IMG/VR virus record: IMGVR_UViG_3300037400_003633
Span: 1-64,000 of that record
DNA: 64,000 bases
Direction: 5' to 3' (one strand)
From: a virus
Lineage: Duplodnaviria; Caudoviricetes
Shown: piece after piece, positions 62,861 to 64,000 of the stretch
Layout of the letters: every line of letters starts with the position of its first letter
Numbering within the stretch: position 1 is the stretch's first letter
The notes under the pieces: generated by a model
Database searches by the model: none
Seen by the model: only the letters and a program-made list of their open reading frames with translations
What the model was told of the DNA's origin: nothing
Translations under genes and position numbers: made by a program

Positions 62861-63934
62861 TTAGAATCCTATTTTAGATGCTTTTTTACCACCAACAACT
62901 ACTGTCTTATCCTTTTTATATATTGAAGCAAGAGTCATTGGTGCTGTTGCATCTGGTATAAGTACCTTTGTTTTCTCCAATGAAAGTTCGTCGAAGCAAT
63001 ACTTTAGAGACAATCTACCCTCTCTCAATAATGCCTCATCAATTTTACTCTCAGAGCAATTGAACGAACAAATGAACTTACATTTTATAGTTTCTCCCAA
63101 GATACCGTCTGTAAGATTAAGAAGAGTCCCCATAAATGGATTTCCTTGCTCTCTTCGTGACAGAATTTTCTCACAGTCTTCCAGTACAACTACAGAGTTA
63201 CGATAATTCAACAGGAATGCAATGAACTTTGATGAATCCATATCAAGCAGCAGGTTTGAATCGATATATAGGAATTTATTTTCGCTAACGGACATCAGGT
63301 GCTTGATAAGAGAAGTCTTTCCAGTTCCAGGCTTTCCGTTGAATAAGATAAGCTCATTTGACTTTGAGTTCAATATTTCAACAATGTCATTGTATGGTAT
63401 ATCGTCATTGTAGTTCTTCTTCAAATCAATGTCAATTTTATCAAACTCAAGTTCTTCAGTATCAAGTCCAGAGAAATTTGTTCTAACCCACAAGTATTTT
63501 GTTTTACCAGGTGCTTCTGTCTCAATTTCAACAACATTTTCCATGAATGTTTCAGTCAAGTCAAATGCGTCTTTCTCTGTTTTAGCCATAGCGCACACCC
63601 CAGTAATTGCGGTTATTTGTGAATCACATATTTTTTTTCCGTATGTCTCAATGATAAGCATACCATTAGTGCCTAGGAACAAACCCATTTTTGGGGTAGG
63701 ATAAGCCACGACCCCAAGTTTATAGCAGGTATCAATAAGCGAAAAATTTTTCGTTAACCCCTTAGTTTTCAATTTCAATGGTGAATATTTTTCCGAGAAA
63801 TCTGTGAAGAACACCTTATCAGTGTCTTTCTCCATTCTCATATTGAACACCCTCTCAGGAGTTCCACCATACAAGTGTGAAAATAGCCATCTTGTATTAA
63901 CGTCTACAGCTCCCATGCCTGGGTTTATAATCAC
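62861..63934 (-). CDS. AAA+ ATPase
   Basis: Walker A GKPGTGKT, Walker B VVVLEDCE, LLNLTDG, SRH IDEALLREGRL. Confidence 0.9.
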   Translation of the reverse strand: MIINPGMGAVDVNTRWLFSHLYGGTPERVFNMRMEKDTDKVFFTDFSEKYSPLKLKTKGLTKNFSLIDTCYKLGVVAYPTPKMGLFLGTNGMLIIETYGKKICDSQITAITGVCAMAKTEKDAFDLTETFMENVVEIETEAPGKTKYLWVRTNFSGLDTEELEFDKIDIDLKKNYNDDIPYNDIVEILNSKSNELILFNGKPGTGKTSLIKHLMSVSENKFLYIDSNLLLDMDSSKFIAFLLNYRNSVVVLEDCEKILSRREQGNPFMGTLLNLTDGILGETIKCKFICSFNCSESKIDEALLREGRLSLKYCFDELSLEKTKVLIPDATAPMTLASIYKKDKTVVVGGKKASKIGF

Positions 63935-64000
63935 TAGTTTATCCCCATATTCGAGAAAGACCTTTTTAAATTTCTCTATTTTTTCCTTGTCTTGTTCTAC

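Noticed and set aside
404-63704. Numerous antisense and alternate-frame ORFs in the track (e.g. 404..805, 2655..2948, 16384..16722, 30979..31377, 56683..57063, 60618..60992)
   Set aside because: Shadow ORFs fully overlapping better-supported genes, lacking promoters and A-rich leaders.
1-64000. TAG-to-Gln recoding as in Lak megaphages
   Set aside because: Long ORFs (1413, 623, 554 aa) are intact under code 11, and TAG ends genes followed directly by new starts or terminators (4896, 28565, 39868, 44837).

Overview
64-kb segment of a large, AT-rich dsDNA phage of a Bacteroidota host, probably Prevotella-like. The host call rests on about 36 TTTG-N19/20-TAnnTTTG housekeeping promoters, SD-less A-rich leaders, BACON and FimB/Mfa2 genes and a SigA-derived sigma factor. 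Standard genetic code (TAG is used as stop). Layout: (1) 0-22.9 kb accessory genes (microbial PARG, M42 peptidase, NUMOD4-HNH, YqeY, BACON protein, GNAT, a 2.7-kb direct-repeat-flanked island with a fimbrial lipoprotein, several paralog families). (2) 23-44.8 kb early/host-takeover array of about 50 small co-oriented genes driven by 24 host-type promoters, with DUF932, Gp88-like, an orphan HicA, tRNA-Leu(TAA) and two tRNA-like elements. (3) 44.8-50.1 kb cis-element hub (near-consensus parS, CCAGT clusters, 62-bp tandem repeat, duplicated palindromes, G-quadruplex motif) around an SF1 helicase and a sigma factor lacking most of region 3. (4) 50.2-64 kb GIY-YIG-like nuclease, PRTase-like protein, a 1.4-kaa LRR-GH2-LRR protein and a minus-strand block (paralog array, RNA ligase, AAA ATPase). 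Most novel-looking signals: a family of about 10 U-rich 3'-UTR segments antisense to translation-start regions of other genes in the window (candidate sRNA network), terminator hairpins whose loop is the promoter -33 box, a 9-copy strand-polar 18-bp motif, a parS-like site, and two G/C-skew switch points about 31 kb apart. All family calls are by eye from motifs; no database search was run.
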